Positions 19,772 to 30,202 of a stretch of 64,000 nucleotides of DNA are shown piece by piece (the stretch's first letter is position 1; every line of letters begins with the position of its first letter). Made by a program: the position numbers and the translations under genes. The notes under the pieces were generated by a model. The model made no database searches, was not told the origin of the DNA, and was given only the letters and a program-made list of their open reading frames with translations. Source of the stretch: Nitrospirota bacterium (lineage in GTDB: Bacteria; Nitrospirota; Leptospirillia; Leptospirillales; Leptospirillaceae); contig JAKADN010000002.1 in the NCBI GenBank assembly GCA_021820445.1, positions 18,793 to 82,792 of the forward strand. Direction: 5' to 3'.

Positions 19772-20544
19772 CGGAAATCCTGGAAAGTCGCGCTTATACA
19801 GAACTAGTTCGAAAGATATCCACGAAAGCGGGGTTCCGATCGAGAGTTCTTGGAAAGATCGACTTCAATGGAGCCTCCATTCCAATCCTTTCGCTCTCGA
19901 GGAAGACCGAAGGACATTCCCCAAGAATTCTGATCGCAGCAGGAATCCATGGGGACGAACCCGCCGGTCCCCATGCTATTCTCTCCCTCCTGGAGCGCTT
20001 TCCTGACGACTGGCCTGAATTCGCCTGCTGCCATGTCGAAATTGTTCCCCTCATCAACCCGACAGGATTTGACCTGAGACAGCGGAGCAATCAATCTGGG
20101 ACCGACCTGAACAGAACATTCGGCTCTCCGACCCCTCCCGCCGAAATTCGTTTTTTGATGGATGACTACCGCCGACGATCTGTCGATCTTTTTGTCGACC
20201 TTCACGAAGATGTCGACACACCAGGCTTTTACCTTTACGAACTTTCCCCCTCCGAATCGGAGGCCTTTGGTCCTTCGATCATTTCAGCCTTGCGAAAGGC
20301 GGGTCATCCTATCAATGAATCGTCCATCATTGAAGGAATGGCAGCAAACGATGGTTTGATCTTAAGGACCTCCCGCCCAATTCCGCGCACCTTCCGAAAG
20401 GGGGCCCCCCAGGGCCTCTACCTGAAAAAACTTGGGGCCAACCGGACTCTGACCTTTGAGACACCGCCGAAACTCCCTCTCGACGAACGCGTGGCGATGC
20501 ACCTTCTTTCCCTCAGGACTGTCCTTTCCTGCTGGAATCCGTGA
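19756..20544 (+). CDS. M14-family zinc carboxypeptidase-like / succinylglutamate desuccinylase-aspartoacylase family protein
   Basis: AGIHGDEPAG zinc-ligand motif, then PLINPTGF...GTDLNRTF and DLHED. Confidence 0.65.
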   Translation: MGWNMTEILESRAYTELVRKISTKAGFRSRVLGKIDFNGASIPILSLSRKTEGHSPRILIAAGIHGDEPAGPHAILSLLERFPDDWPEFACCHVEIVPLINPTGFDLRQRSNQSGTDLNRTFGSPTPPAEIRFLMDDYRRRSVDLFVDLHEDVDTPGFYLYELSPSESEAFGPSIISALRKAGHPINESSIIEGMAANDGLILRTSRPIPRTFRKGAPQGLYLKKLGANRTLTFETPPKLPLDERVAMHLLSLRTVLSCWNP

Positions 20545-20554
20545 TCCTGTTTCC

Positions 20555-22831
20555 TCAGGGAACAACAGGGGGTGCGATCACGTTCATGATCGGAGCAAGA
20601 GCCGCCACCCCATTCAGGCTGATGGTAAAACCGAAGCCGGTCTGGACAGGAAGCGGAGCGGGCTCATTCACAATGTAATACATGAACGCTCCTGACCAGC
20701 ACTGTCCGTTGTAGCCGAAATTGAAGGACTCCATCTGGGCTCCCGATCCCGGCCCCTGACCCAGATCATAGTAATAGGCCCCTCCAAGATAGAGCCCCAT
20801 TTGTGTCGTGATTCCGAGATATGGGACGAGGAAGTTTGTTCCGAACGGCTGATTATAGGTCTCCGTAATTTCATAAGGATTGAAGAAGTTTCCCATGATG
20901 GGGATATTTCCCGTGTGAGCCGATGTCTGGGCCAGCATGGCGTTCAGCATGACAGGCGCCGGCGCAAAGGCGGCCTGATTGAATGAAATGGCCGTATCCT
21001 CCGTCACAAGGGACTTTTGGGTAAAGTCGTAGAACCCCTCGGCAAAAAAGGAGACCGGTTGCCCGGGAAGCACGTGGATCGACCCGTAGACCGGGGAGTA
21101 TGGGGTGTCGATGGGAAGGAAGGGATCGATTAGGGTCTGTCCGCCGAAAAACATCGGCTGTGAGGAGGAATGAATGGTCTGGTAGTCATAGGTGTCGGCC
21201 AGCTTGAAGGAAACGAGCTCCTTGGACCCTTCGGACCCTGAATAGAAAAGGCGCTGCGTCAAAGCAAGCGTTACGGCGTTCATGCCAAGAATATTGTCGG
21301 AAAATCCGCTCTGAATAATCTGGGTTTCATTGTTCTGCGGCGCCCAGTCGAAGTCGGCGTCCATCTGGAGCTGATGCGTCAGGGTTCCCCCGCCCGACAT
21401 CTGAAAATCGCGCTCAATGGTCGATTGCGCCCCGATCCCCGCATTGGGAACCACCTGATCATAAGGACTGGCCGTCTGGTATCCTTGGCTGTAGGCCGTC
21501 GTGACGACGCCGGCATGAGGGGTCAGGATCACCGCCCCATCTCCCAGGACATAGGATCCCGTGACGTGCGGATAGATCAAACCCCGCTGGAAAAAGAGCG
21601 GTCCGCTTTCGATGTTCGCCCCCGAGAGAAATGACGAAAAATAAAGCCCCGATGTCCCAAGGGCGTAGTCGTAGACGCTTGCGCTGCCCTGGGGGAGCTT
21701 CGACACTGTCGTATTCAGACCCGGAAAAATATCCTGGTTGTAGTCCGCGATCAGATTGATTTCGCTGTTGTCCTGATAGGCGTTTACAAAAAAGGAGGAC
21801 AGCAGCTGGGGATCGAAGCTCATGGTCGATCCAACGCTCATGAGCTGGTAGAAATCCTGGGCATTGACGTAGTTGATGTTCCCCATGATCGACAGGTTGT
21901 CGGTGTTGTAGGAATAAAGATCCGTGGTCGACGAGACATTCGTCCGAAGTCCCAGCGCCTGATAGTCGATGGCCTGGTTGGTGATGTTGATCGACAGGTT
22001 CTGGTAGTCGCTCATTGCCTGACGGTAAGTGATCCCCTCGCCGATTCCGAAGTTCGTCATGTCGTCGAAGGTGACAGTCAGATCATAGGACGGATCGATA
22101 TTCCAGAAAAAGGAATCGTAGAAAACCAGTCCCTGCACCGTGTTTTCCTGGACAAAAGGAAACAGGAACCCTGTTTTTTTCGAGGCGACCGGAAAAGAAA
22201 AATAGGGCATATACAAAGCGGGGACTCCCTTGATGTCCAGATTGTTTCCCGAGCCCGCAAAGGAATCTCCAAGAGTCATGTCTCCCGAGTTTGTCGAAAT
22301 ATCCCATGCCGGATTCTCATCTTTTCCGCAGGTGCAGGTCGTCACCGTTCCTTTTTCCACATGATAATGCTTGTGGTCCTTCCGGTGGATCTCTTCGCCC
22401 CGTATATGGTAGGTGTACAAAATCTGGGTATTGTTCATGGAGTAGTATTGCTGGGTCTTGACCTTGCCGTGGTAGAGGACGGCTTCTCCTGTCAGAAGGT
22501 TTGCCCGGATCCGATCGCCTTTCATCGTCGTCCTCGGCCCCTTGAAGATGACATGTCCCGCACCCCAGACGACGCTTGTTTTCTTGTTCAAAATAATGGA
22601 ATCGGCCCGAAGGGTCCATGGAGCCCTTGAGATGAAGGCATGGCCATTGGCATGCAAAAGATTCGTTTTTTTATTGAGACGAATCCTGTCTGCGAGAACA
22701 ACGACCTTGTCCGGGGTGGCGGAGGGGGGAGAGGCGGCCATTGCCGCATGTGGTTGGTCCGCAAAGAACATCCATGCGACCAGGAGAAGGAGACTGGCAT
22801 GAAAAAGAAAAAAAGCCTTCCGCGTCTTCAA
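20555..22831 (-). CDS. lptD: LPS-assembly outer-membrane protein LptD (OstA family)
   Basis: OstA-like N-terminal beta-jellyroll segment (VVVLADRIRLNKKTNLLHANGHAFI...) and a long beta-rich C-terminus. I place the start at the TTG at 22831. That gives a clean signal peptide (MKTRKAFFLFHASLLLLVAWMFFADQPHAAMA) and overlaps the folC stop as TTGA. The ORF itself extends to 22975. Confidence 0.7.
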   Translation of the reverse strand: MKTRKAFFLFHASLLLLVAWMFFADQPHAAMAASPPSATPDKVVVLADRIRLNKKTNLLHANGHAFISRAPWTLRADSIILNKKTSVVWGAGHVIFKGPRTTMKGDRIRANLLTGEAVLYHGKVKTQQYYSMNNTQILYTYHIRGEEIHRKDHKHYHVEKGTVTTCTCGKDENPAWDISTNSGDMTLGDSFAGSGNNLDIKGVPALYMPYFSFPVASKKTGFLFPFVQENTVQGLVFYDSFFWNIDPSYDLTVTFDDMTNFGIGEGITYRQAMSDYQNLSINITNQAIDYQALGLRTNVSSTTDLYSYNTDNLSIMGNINYVNAQDFYQLMSVGSTMSFDPQLLSSFFVNAYQDNSEINLIADYNQDIFPGLNTTVSKLPQGSASVYDYALGTSGLYFSSFLSGANIESGPLFFQRGLIYPHVTGSYVLGDGAVILTPHAGVVTTAYSQGYQTASPYDQVVPNAGIGAQSTIERDFQMSGGGTLTHQLQMDADFDWAPQNNETQIIQSGFSDNILGMNAVTLALTQRLFYSGSEGSKELVSFKLADTYDYQTIHSSSQPMFFGGQTLIDPFLPIDTPYSPVYGSIHVLPGQPVSFFAEGFYDFTQKSLVTEDTAISFNQAAFAPAPVMLNAMLAQTSAHTGNIPIMGNFFNPYEITETYNQPFGTNFLVPYLGITTQMGLYLGGAYYYDLGQGPGSGAQMESFNFGYNGQCWSGAFMYYIVNEPAPLPVQTGFGFTISLNGVAALAPIMNVIAPPVVP

Positions 22832-24270
22832 GAGAGGATCGTTCCCGGAAGATCCCGTTCGTTCGAGGAGAAAAGCGGGGGCTCCGACAAGGGTCTGAAA
22901 AATGGCCGGATGGCTCCGACAAGGTAAAGGGATCCGGTGACGACAAGGACGCGATTTTCTTTGGCCATCGCCCATTCAATGGCCTCTTCGAGAAGCGTGT
23001 CTCGATCTCCTTCCCTTATCTCGAGCCTCCCGGGCTGGAGCAGATTCATGCTCCTAAGAACCTCGGCCATTTGAGAGGGGGGAACCCAAGCGCCTTCCAT
23101 CGGATGAGCGGTCATCCCGCCCTTCGGAGACTCCGTCAAAAAAAATGACTGACCCACCGGTGCGAGCAATCGGATCATTTCCTTCCAATCCTTGACCAAA
23201 TGGATCGCAAGGAAAAATCCGAACTCCACTGAGGGACCGAATCGGTCCTTGAGGGCCTGACAGAGCGCCTGAATCGCAGGCGGGTTGTGGGCCCCGTCCA
23301 GTAGAATCGGTGGAGTTTTCTGAACCGTTTCGAGCCGTCCCGGATTCTCCAGGGTCAGAAGTCCATCCCTGAAAGCGTGGTGGGGAATGGAAAGAGGACT
23401 CCACTCCAATGCTGCGATGGCATTCGACAGATTGTCGATCTGGTATGTCGCGGACAAGGTGGATGCATACTCCCGGATGCCCCATCGTCCCCGATATTTG
23501 AGAGGGCGCGGATCCCCGACAAGATTGTCAGGGGAGGCCCACACTCCTTCAAAGTCTCTTCCGTCCAGGACAGGAATGAAGCCCTCATCGCGAGAGAGTT
23601 CAAGGAATTTCTCCCTCAATGAAGGATCGTGAAGGGTCGCCACAAAAGGCTTTCCGACCCTTCCAACCGCCACTTTTTCCGCAAAGATCCTTTCGATCCC
23701 TTTTCCTAGAATCTCTTCATGATCAAGCCCCACCTGGGTCAGAACCGTCAGAAGAGGGCGAGAGGCGGTCGTTGCATCCCAGCGACCTCCCAGACCTGCC
23801 TCAAGAACAAGGACCTCGCATCTAGCCTGGGAAAACGCCAGAAACGCCACCACTGTCAGAAACTCAAAGAATGTCAGGGTGAGCTGATGGCGACGGCAAA
23901 GGGAATCGACATCCCTGACAAGATCTTCAAACAGGGGTGCCGAAATGAGTTCTCCTGAAATCAGAATTCGTTCCCGGACATCGAAAAGATGGGGAGAGGT
24001 GTATCGTCCGGTCCGATACCCGGCCGAGAGAAGTATCGCGTCGATGGCCGCCGCCGTCGACCCTTTTCCGTTGGTCCCGACGATCTGGAAAGTCGCCGGT
24101 CCTTTTTCCGGATGGCCCAGCAAATCCAGGGCAAGGCGCATCCGGTCGAGACCGGGATGAATCCCGAATCGACCCAGACGTGCGAGAATATCCGCGGCGG
24201 AAGGGGAACTCAACCCGCCTGGCTCCCCTGGCACGAAGCCTCCGTCCTGCGTGCGGAGCCAAGATGGCAA
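22828..24270 (-). CDS. folC: Bifunctional folylpolyglutamate synthase / dihydrofolate synthase
   Basis: Mur-ligase P-loop VGTNGKGSTAA and a HPGLDRMRLALDLLGHPE N-terminus typical of FolC. Confidence 0.8.
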   Translation of the reverse strand: MPSWLRTQDGGFVPGEPGGLSSPSAADILARLGRFGIHPGLDRMRLALDLLGHPEKGPATFQIVGTNGKGSTAAAIDAILLSAGYRTGRYTSPHLFDVRERILISGELISAPLFEDLVRDVDSLCRRHQLTLTFFEFLTVVAFLAFSQARCEVLVLEAGLGGRWDATTASRPLLTVLTQVGLDHEEILGKGIERIFAEKVAVGRVGKPFVATLHDPSLREKFLELSRDEGFIPVLDGRDFEGVWASPDNLVGDPRPLKYRGRWGIREYASTLSATYQIDNLSNAIAALEWSPLSIPHHAFRDGLLTLENPGRLETVQKTPPILLDGAHNPPAIQALCQALKDRFGPSVEFGFFLAIHLVKDWKEMIRLLAPVGQSFFLTESPKGGMTAHPMEGAWVPPSQMAEVLRSMNLLQPGRLEIREGDRDTLLEEAIEWAMAKENRVLVVTGSLYLVGAIRPFFRPLSEPPLFSSNERDLPGTILS

Positions 24271-25142
24271 AGAATTTGCGCCAAAGTTTCCTTGAGCTTC
24301 TTTCTTTCAACGATCATATCGACAAATCCGTGTTCGAGAAGGAACTCGGCTCTTTGAAAGCCTTCCGGAAGCTGCTGCCGGATCGTTTGCTCAATGACAC
24401 GCGGTCCGGCAAAACCGATCAAGGCACGAGGCTCGGCAATGATGACATCCCCCAGCATTGCAAAGCTCGCGGTGACTCCTCCGAATGTCGGATCGGTCAG
24501 GACCGTCAGATAAGGGAGTCCGGCTTTCTTCAGTCGGCCGACGGCCGAAGAGGTTCTCGCCATCTGCATAAGCGAAAAGATTCCTTCCTGCATCCGTGCT
24601 CCCCCGGATGCCGTCACCAGAAGGAGCGGCAGCTTCTTCTCAAGCGCCCTGTCTGCCGCCCGAACAACTTTCTCTCCAACGACCGATCCCATGGAACCGC
24701 CCATAAAATGGAACGAAAAGACCCCCAGAACCGCAGGCAGGTCCATGATCCTGCATTCTCCAACACGAATGGCGTCTTCCAGGCCGGTTTTTTTCTGTGC
24801 CGACCGCAAACGGTCGACGTAGCGCTGGCTATCTGTAAAATGGAGCGGGTCGGAGGAAACGACATCGGCCGCAAACTCCTCAAAGGTCCCGGGATCCACC
24901 ATTTGCTCGAGACGTTCGGCAAGAGTGATCGGAAAGTGATAGTTGCACTTTGGGCAGACCTTTCCAGCGCGGTCCACCTCTTTTCGGTAGATGATTTGCC
25001 GGCAATGGTTGCACTTGATCCAGAGCCCCTCCGGAATCCTCACCTTTTTTTCCGTCTCCGGAGAATCGAGAGGGAGAGCTCCCGTCGAATTGCCTTCCTT
25101 TTCCCTTTTCTCAAGCCACCCAGTTCGCTTTTTTTCTTTCAT
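24210..25142 (-). CDS. accD: Acetyl-CoA carboxylase carboxyltransferase beta subunit
   Basis: Zn-ribbon CNHC...CPKCNYHFPITLAERL, then GGSMGSVVGEK and GGARMQEG. Confidence 0.9.
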   Translation of the reverse strand: MKEKKRTGWLEKREKEGNSTGALPLDSPETEKKVRIPEGLWIKCNHCRQIIYRKEVDRAGKVCPKCNYHFPITLAERLEQMVDPGTFEEFAADVVSSDPLHFTDSQRYVDRLRSAQKKTGLEDAIRVGECRIMDLPAVLGVFSFHFMGGSMGSVVGEKVVRAADRALEKKLPLLLVTASGGARMQEGIFSLMQMARTSSAVGRLKKAGLPYLTVLTDPTFGGVTASFAMLGDVIIAEPRALIGFAGPRVIEQTIRQQLPEGFQRAEFLLEHGFVDMIVERKKLKETLAQILCHLGSARRTEASCQGSQAG

Positions 25143-25930
25143 TTCCTACCCTTTCCTGCCGCGTTCAAAAACTCCTCGAAGGTTTTTCTCCACCTGTCGG
25201 GATCTCTTTCATCCAGGACCAATCGGCTTCCGACAATCACTCCATCGGCAAACTCAAGAATCTCTTCAGCCATTTCGCCGGAGGAAATCCCGAAACCGAC
25301 ACAGACCGGTTTACGGGTCCATTGACGAAGGGTCGAGACCACTTGACGTGTTTCATCGCTAAGGGTCAGGGCGCTTCCCGTCGTCCCCATCAGTCCAACA
25401 TAATAAACAAATCCGCGGGAATCCCTGACTATTCTCCGGGCCCGCTCAGGGGGCGTGGTCGGCGAGACGAATCCTACGACATTGATCCCATATCTCCTGA
25501 ACACCGGACGATAAAGGGCTCCATCTTCATAGGAAAGGTCCGGTATGACGACGCCGGCGATCCGCCCTGACCGCTGGGCCTCCCTGCAGAATCTCTCCAC
25601 CCCCATATGATGAAAAAGGTTGAAGTACGTCATCAGATAGAGATCGGGAAGTTTGTTCCGGGGGATTCCCGACAACCACCCCAAAATGCTTTCAAGTGAG
25701 GTTTCATGGCGAAGGGCCCGTTGGGAGGCCGCCTGAATCACCGGGCCATCGGCTGTCGGGTCCGAGAACGGGATCCCGAGCTCGACGGCAAAGATCCCTT
25801 TTTTCGCCGCCATGTCGAGATAGGTCGCCGTGGTCGCCAAATCGGGATCCCCGGCCACAATGTAGGGAATGAGAGGGGACGGGGACGCACCACGCTTCCA
25901 TCGTGGCGCCACATTATTTTTGACCGTCAT
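25139..25930 (-). CDS. trpA: Tryptophan synthase alpha chain
   Basis: [17 protein letters not shown] and GFGISS motifs. Confidence 0.9.
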   Translation of the reverse strand: MTVKNNVAPRWKRGASPSPLIPYIVAGDPDLATTATYLDMAAKKGIFAVELGIPFSDPTADGPVIQAASQRALRHETSLESILGWLSGIPRNKLPDLYLMTYFNLFHHMGVERFCREAQRSGRIAGVVIPDLSYEDGALYRPVFRRYGINVVGFVSPTTPPERARRIVRDSRGFVYYVGLMGTTGSALTLSDETRQVVSTLRQWTRKPVCVGFGISSGEMAEEILEFADGVIVGSRLVLDERDPDRWRKTFEEFLNAAGKGRK

Positions 25931-27189
25931 ATTTTGTCCACCTCTTTCATCGACAGGATTCTCGAGACCTCCATCACATCCTTGTCCCCGCGTCCGGAGA
26001 GGTTGATGACAACCGTCTGGTCCCGAGACATGGAACGCGCGAGCCGAATGCCGTAGGCGATGGCGTGGGAGCTTTCGAGCGCCGGAATGATTCCCTCCTG
26101 CCGGGAGAGCTCCTGAAAGGCGTCGAGGGCATCCGTATCCCCGATCCAGTCAAAGATAATCCGGCCCGAATCCCGGTAGTAGGCGAGCTCAGGACCCACC
26201 GCCGAATAATCGAGACCTGCCGAAACGGAATGGGTATTTTCTATCTGGCCGTCCGGGTTTTGAAGAACATAGGTTCGGGTTCCCTGGAGGACCCCAACGG
26301 ATCCGCCGGCGAAGCGGGCGGCATGCTCGCCCGGTGCGATTGCGCGCCCCCCCGCCTCGACACCGAACATGCGAACCGAATCCTCCCCAAGGAAAGGATG
26401 GAATAGCCCGATCGCATTACTCCCCCCGCCGACACAGGCGACCAGGGCATCCGGCAGCTTTCCTTTCGCGGACAGGATCTGTCGGCGGACCTCCTGGCCG
26501 ATCACAGACTGAAAAGAACGGACGATGAGGGGAAAGGGATGGGGGCCAAAAGCTGTCCCCAGGAGATAGTGGGTATTGCGGACCGTCCGGGACCAGTCCC
26601 TCAACGCTTCACTGATGGCATCCTTCAGTGTTTTACCCCCGAGATCCACCGGACAGACCTCGGAGCCTAGCAATTTCATGCGAAAAACATTCAGCGACTG
26701 CCGTCTCACATCCTCCGAACCCATGTAGATCCTGCTTTCAAAGCCAAGACGGGCGGCCACCGTGGCCGTTGCAACCCCATGTTGACCCGCGCCCGTTTCC
26801 GCAATCAACCGACCCTTTCCCATGCGCCTCGCCAGAAGGGCCTGGCCGACTGCATTGGTGATCTTGTGGGCCCCTGTGTGGTTCAGGTCTTCCCGTTTGA
26901 GCCAGATCTCGGCCCCCCCCGTTTTCCGAGTGAGGGATTCTGCAAAATACAGAGGCGTCGGCCTTCCGGAATATTCTGCGAGCGTCTCACGGAACTCTTT
27001 CCGAAAGGTTGCATCACGCCAGGCCTTCCGAAAGGAGTTCTCCAGTTCGATCAATGCCGACATCAGTGTTTCGGAAACGAATCGTCCCCCAAACTCCCCA
27101 AAATATCCCCGCATGTCGGGAAGAACCGGAGAACCCTTTTTCTTCGACAATGTTTTGGCCCCCTCTTCCATCATTGGTTTCTCTCCCAA
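25927..27189 (-). CDS. trpB: Tryptophan synthase beta chain
   Basis: [15 protein letters not shown] (PLP lysine), [12 protein letters not shown], and GGGSNAIG. Confidence 0.95.
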   Translation of the reverse strand: MGEKPMMEEGAKTLSKKKGSPVLPDMRGYFGEFGGRFVSETLMSALIELENSFRKAWRDATFRKEFRETLAEYSGRPTPLYFAESLTRKTGGAEIWLKREDLNHTGAHKITNAVGQALLARRMGKGRLIAETGAGQHGVATATVAARLGFESRIYMGSEDVRRQSLNVFRMKLLGSEVCPVDLGGKTLKDAISEALRDWSRTVRNTHYLLGTAFGPHPFPLIVRSFQSVIGQEVRRQILSAKGKLPDALVACVGGGSNAIGLFHPFLGEDSVRMFGVEAGGRAIAPGEHAARFAGGSVGVLQGTRTYVLQNPDGQIENTHSVSAGLDYSAVGPELAYYRDSGRIIFDWIGDTDALDAFQELSRQEGIIPALESSHAIAYGIRLARSMSRDQTVVINLSGRGDKDVMEVSRILSMKEVDKI

Positions 27190-27812
27190 TCCCGGACATT
27201 ACGGACAAACTCCATAACCTTCCCTTCATCTTTTATTCCAGGCCTCTTTTCGACCCCGGAGGAGACATCGACGCCGGACAGGCGAAGGGTTCCCAGGCTT
27301 TCCAGCACCCCTCCCACGGTCTCCGGGGCGAGCCCTCCCGACAAAACCAGAGGCAGGGAGGAGTCCGCAAAGGAAAGTCGCCTGTAATCCCACGACTGAC
27401 CGGTTCCCCCCGGTGCCTTTTCCGAATATCCTTCCACAAGAAGATTTCGGGCGGAAGGCGGAAATGACAGAGGTTCCCTCCCTGTCCAGCGTACGGCATG
27501 GATCCAGGGAAGTCCAAAACGGGAGAGCCTTTCGTAGCCTTCAGCTCCCAAATCCCCCCCATGCCACTGGATCACATCGAGAGGGACCTCCTCCAGAATC
27601 GCCCCGATCCGCTCCCACTCCGGCAGGACAAACACGCCCACTTTTTCCATGGACGGGGGCAAGGCCGCACAGATGGAACGGGCAGCTGCAGTGGTCACGA
27701 ACCGTGGAGACTTCTCGGAAAAGATCAGACCGACGGCATCCGCTCCCGAGAGGGCGACAAGCCGGGCATCGGCGGGATTCGTGATTCCGCATATTTTAAT
27801 CCAGAGCGCCAC
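27171..27812 (-). CDS. trpF: Phosphoribosylanthranilate isomerase
   Basis: [12 protein letters not shown]...GADAVGLIF pattern. I prefer the GTG start at 27812; the ORF extends to 27950 and would run deep into trpC. Confidence 0.8.
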   Translation of the reverse strand: MALWIKICGITNPADARLVALSGADAVGLIFSEKSPRFVTTAAARSICAALPPSMEKVGVFVLPEWERIGAILEEVPLDVIQWHGGDLGAEGYERLSRFGLPWIHAVRWTGREPLSFPPSARNLLVEGYSEKAPGGTGQSWDYRRLSFADSSLPLVLSGGLAPETVGGVLESLGTLRLSGVDVSSGVEKRPGIKDEGKVMEFVRNVRDWERNQ

Positions 27813-28614
27813 GGAACTCCTCGAGCGCCTTCTGTGGATCCGGGGAGGCAAGGAAACTTTCCCCCACGAGAACCGCCGAGAAACCAAGATCGCCCATGCG
27901 CCTGAAATCCGCATTTGTCTTGAGACCGCTTTCCGCAACCCTGTCGACATTCCCGGGAATCATCCGTGCAAGACGGGCCCCCCGATCGAGATCGATCGTC
28001 AGGGTGTCGAGATCACGATGGTTGACACCGATGAGACGGGATCCTGCTTCGAGAGCCCTTTCCACCTCATTCTCCGTGTGGGTCTCGACGAGAGCGGTCA
28101 TGGAGAGATCGGTGGTCAGTGCGAGCAGGTTACGAAGCTCTTCCTGCGTCAGGATCCTGACAATAAGGAGGAGGATGTCCGCTCCCGCACAACGGCTCTC
28201 CCATACCTGATAGGGATCCAGGATGAAATCCTTCCTGAGGAGGGGGAGAGCTTCTCCCGCAGGGGTCTTTCTGACCCGGGAAAGATCCCCGAGTTCTCCT
28301 CCGAAGAAGGGGCCATCGGTCAGAATGGAAAGGGCGGAAGCCCCCCCTTTTCTGTATTTTTCCGCCAGATCCTCGGGATCGTAGGGATCCCTGATGAGTC
28401 CTCTCGAAGGGCTCTTTCTTTTCATTTCCGCAATGATTCTGGGATGGCCGGAAATTGTCGGAGAATGTGACACGAAACGGCGGACGGAGGGGGCCCGCAC
28501 CACCTCTTTTTCCAGGAGGGAGAGAGGACGGCTCCTGGAGGCCAACGCCACTTCCTTTCGTTTTTCCTCGACGATACGGTCAAGAAGCATCATGAGGCGC
28601 ACAATTCCTTCCAT
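27796..28614 (-). CDS. trpC: Indole-3-glycerol phosphate synthase
   Basis: IIAEMKRKSPSRG, LRKDFILDPYQV, and VGESFL motifs. Confidence 0.9.
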   Translation of the reverse strand: MEGIVRLMMLLDRIVEEKRKEVALASRSRPLSLLEKEVVRAPSVRRFVSHSPTISGHPRIIAEMKRKSPSRGLIRDPYDPEDLAEKYRKGGASALSILTDGPFFGGELGDLSRVRKTPAGEALPLLRKDFILDPYQVWESRCAGADILLLIVRILTQEELRNLLALTTDLSMTALVETHTENEVERALEAGSRLIGVNHRDLDTLTIDLDRGARLARMIPGNVDRVAESGLKTNADFRRMGDLGFSAVLVGESFLASPDPQKALEEFRGALD

Positions 28615-29600
28615 CGCCGGAAGACGGTCAGGGCCGAACCGGAATCGATCGCCTTCCTTGCCGCCTCCACACCTTCCCTCAAGCTCGTCACTTTTCCGGC
28701 CACAAGGAATCCGGGGGCGGCTCCCGCCAGAACCCAGTTCCTGAGAGGAAAGCGGTCCCCGTTGAGAACCCGGCTTATCAGGTGGGCATTTCGTTCCCTG
28801 TCCCCCCCGAGGGCATCGGACACGGGGGAGGGGTCAAGCCCGAAATCTTTTGCCGTCACCTCACTCGTCGTCATCTTTCCAGAGGAAAGATGGACCATTG
28901 TGGTCGTCGATGCAAGATTGACCTCATCGAGACCGTCTCCGAACAACGCGAGGACTTCCCGACTTCCCGTTCGGGCCAGAACATCCACCACCATGGTCAG
29001 ACGCTCGGGATCGTAGACTCCGATGACCTGCCTGCGAACCCGTGCAGGATTGGCGAGGGGCCCGAGAAGATTGAAAAAGGTCCGAATTCCAAGCTCCCGG
29101 CGCACATTGGCAACAACCCGAAGGGTCGGATGGTAGAGGGGGGCAAAAAGAAAGGTCAACCCCGTTTCCCGATAGAGAAGGGCCGCCTGGTCTGGGGTCA
29201 TATCGACACGCAGCCCCAGGGCCTCGAGGACATCGGCCGAACCGGCACGGCTTGAAATGGCCCGATTCCCATGCTTGATAACCTTGACGCCACCCCCCGC
29301 CAGCACGAAAGAAACCGCCGTTGAAAGATTCACCGTGCCCGACCGGTCGCCTCCTGTTCCACAGACGTCCACGGCATCCTCCCCGCTGGCCGGAAAGGGG
29401 CATTGTCGTGCCAGAAGGGCATCCAGCGCCCCCGAAATCTCCTCCGGCGTCTCCTTTTTGGCAAGGAGGGCCACCGTAATTCCGGCCAACAGGGCGTCCG
29501 CTACCTTCCCGTCCATCACCTCCCCCATGATTCCGGCCATCTCTGCACGGGACAGGGATTTTCCATCGACCAAGGCAAGAAGGGCATCACGGGGATTCAT
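28590..29600 (-). CDS. trpD: Anthranilate phosphoribosyltransferase
   Basis: VDVCGTGGDRSGTVNLST and KHGNRAISSRAGSADVLE motifs. Confidence 0.9.
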   Translation of the reverse strand: MNPRDALLALVDGKSLSRAEMAGIMGEVMDGKVADALLAGITVALLAKKETPEEISGALDALLARQCPFPASGEDAVDVCGTGGDRSGTVNLSTAVSFVLAGGGVKVIKHGNRAISSRAGSADVLEALGLRVDMTPDQAALLYRETGLTFLFAPLYHPTLRVVANVRRELGIRTFFNLLGPLANPARVRRQVIGVYDPERLTMVVDVLARTGSREVLALFGDGLDEVNLASTTTMVHLSSGKMTTSEVTAKDFGLDPSPVSDALGGDRERNAHLISRVLNGDRFPLRNWVLAGAAPGFLVAGKVTSLREGVEAARKAIDSGSALTVFRRWKELCAS

Positions 29601-30202
29601 TTTTCCGGTCCCGTTCCCATCGCCTTGAAGGAGCGGGCGATCGAAATGAAATTTGCGAGGAGCGTCTTTCCATGGAGGGTCAGGATCGATTCCGGATGGA
29701 ACTGGACACCGCGCGTCGGATAGAGACGATGGGCCAATGCCATGACCTCCCCCTCCTCCGTTCTGGCCGTGACCTCGACCTCCTCCGGGAGAGTGCTTTC
29801 GAGAACGATCAGGGAATGATATCGTGTCGCCTCGAACGGGCTTGGAATTCCCGCAAAGAGATCGGAGCCATCATGCAGGACCGGCGAAGTCTTGCCGTGC
29901 ATGAGGCGAGGGGCTCGCACGACAGATCCCCCGAAGACCTCCCCGATCGTCTGATGGCCCAGACACACTCCCAGGATGGGGATTTTCGGAGCCAGCTCCC
30001 TGACGATATCCGGGCAGATCCCCGAATCCGCAGGCGTTCCTGGACCGGGAGAAAGGACGATTCCCTCGAGGTTCGAGACATCGATTTCGGCGAGACGGAT
30101 CCGATCGTTCCTAAAGACCTCCATCTCGACTCCGAGTTCCCAGAAATACTGGACGAGGTTGTATGTGAAGGAATCGTAGTTGTCGATCATCAGAAAAGCC
30201 AT
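29597..30202 (-). CDS. trpG: Anthranilate synthase component II (glutamine amidotransferase)
   Basis: MIDNYDSFTYNLVQYF, GVCLGHQ (catalytic Cys), and FHPES. Confidence 0.9.
   Translation of the reverse strand: MAFLMIDNYDSFTYNLVQYFWELGVEMEVFRNDRIRLAEIDVSNLEGIVLSPGPGTPADSGICPDIVRELAPKIPILGVCLGHQTIGEVFGGSVVRAPRLMHGKTSPVLHDGSDLFAGIPSPFEATRYHSLIVLESTLPEEVEVTARTEEGEVMALAHRLYPTRGVQFHPESILTLHGKTLLANFISIARSFKAMGTGPEK

Noticed and set aside
22832-22975. N-terminal 48 codons of the longest lptD ORF
   Set aside because: They overlap the 3' end of folC and encode a non-signal-like Arg/Pro-rich peptide. The TTG at 22831 yields a textbook signal peptide.
24180-25325. 381-aa plus-strand ORF
   Set aside because: It lies antisense to well-supported accD and trpA. 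Its translation is low-complexity and Arg/Ser/Pro-rich, which is typical of spurious long ORFs in GC-rich DNA.
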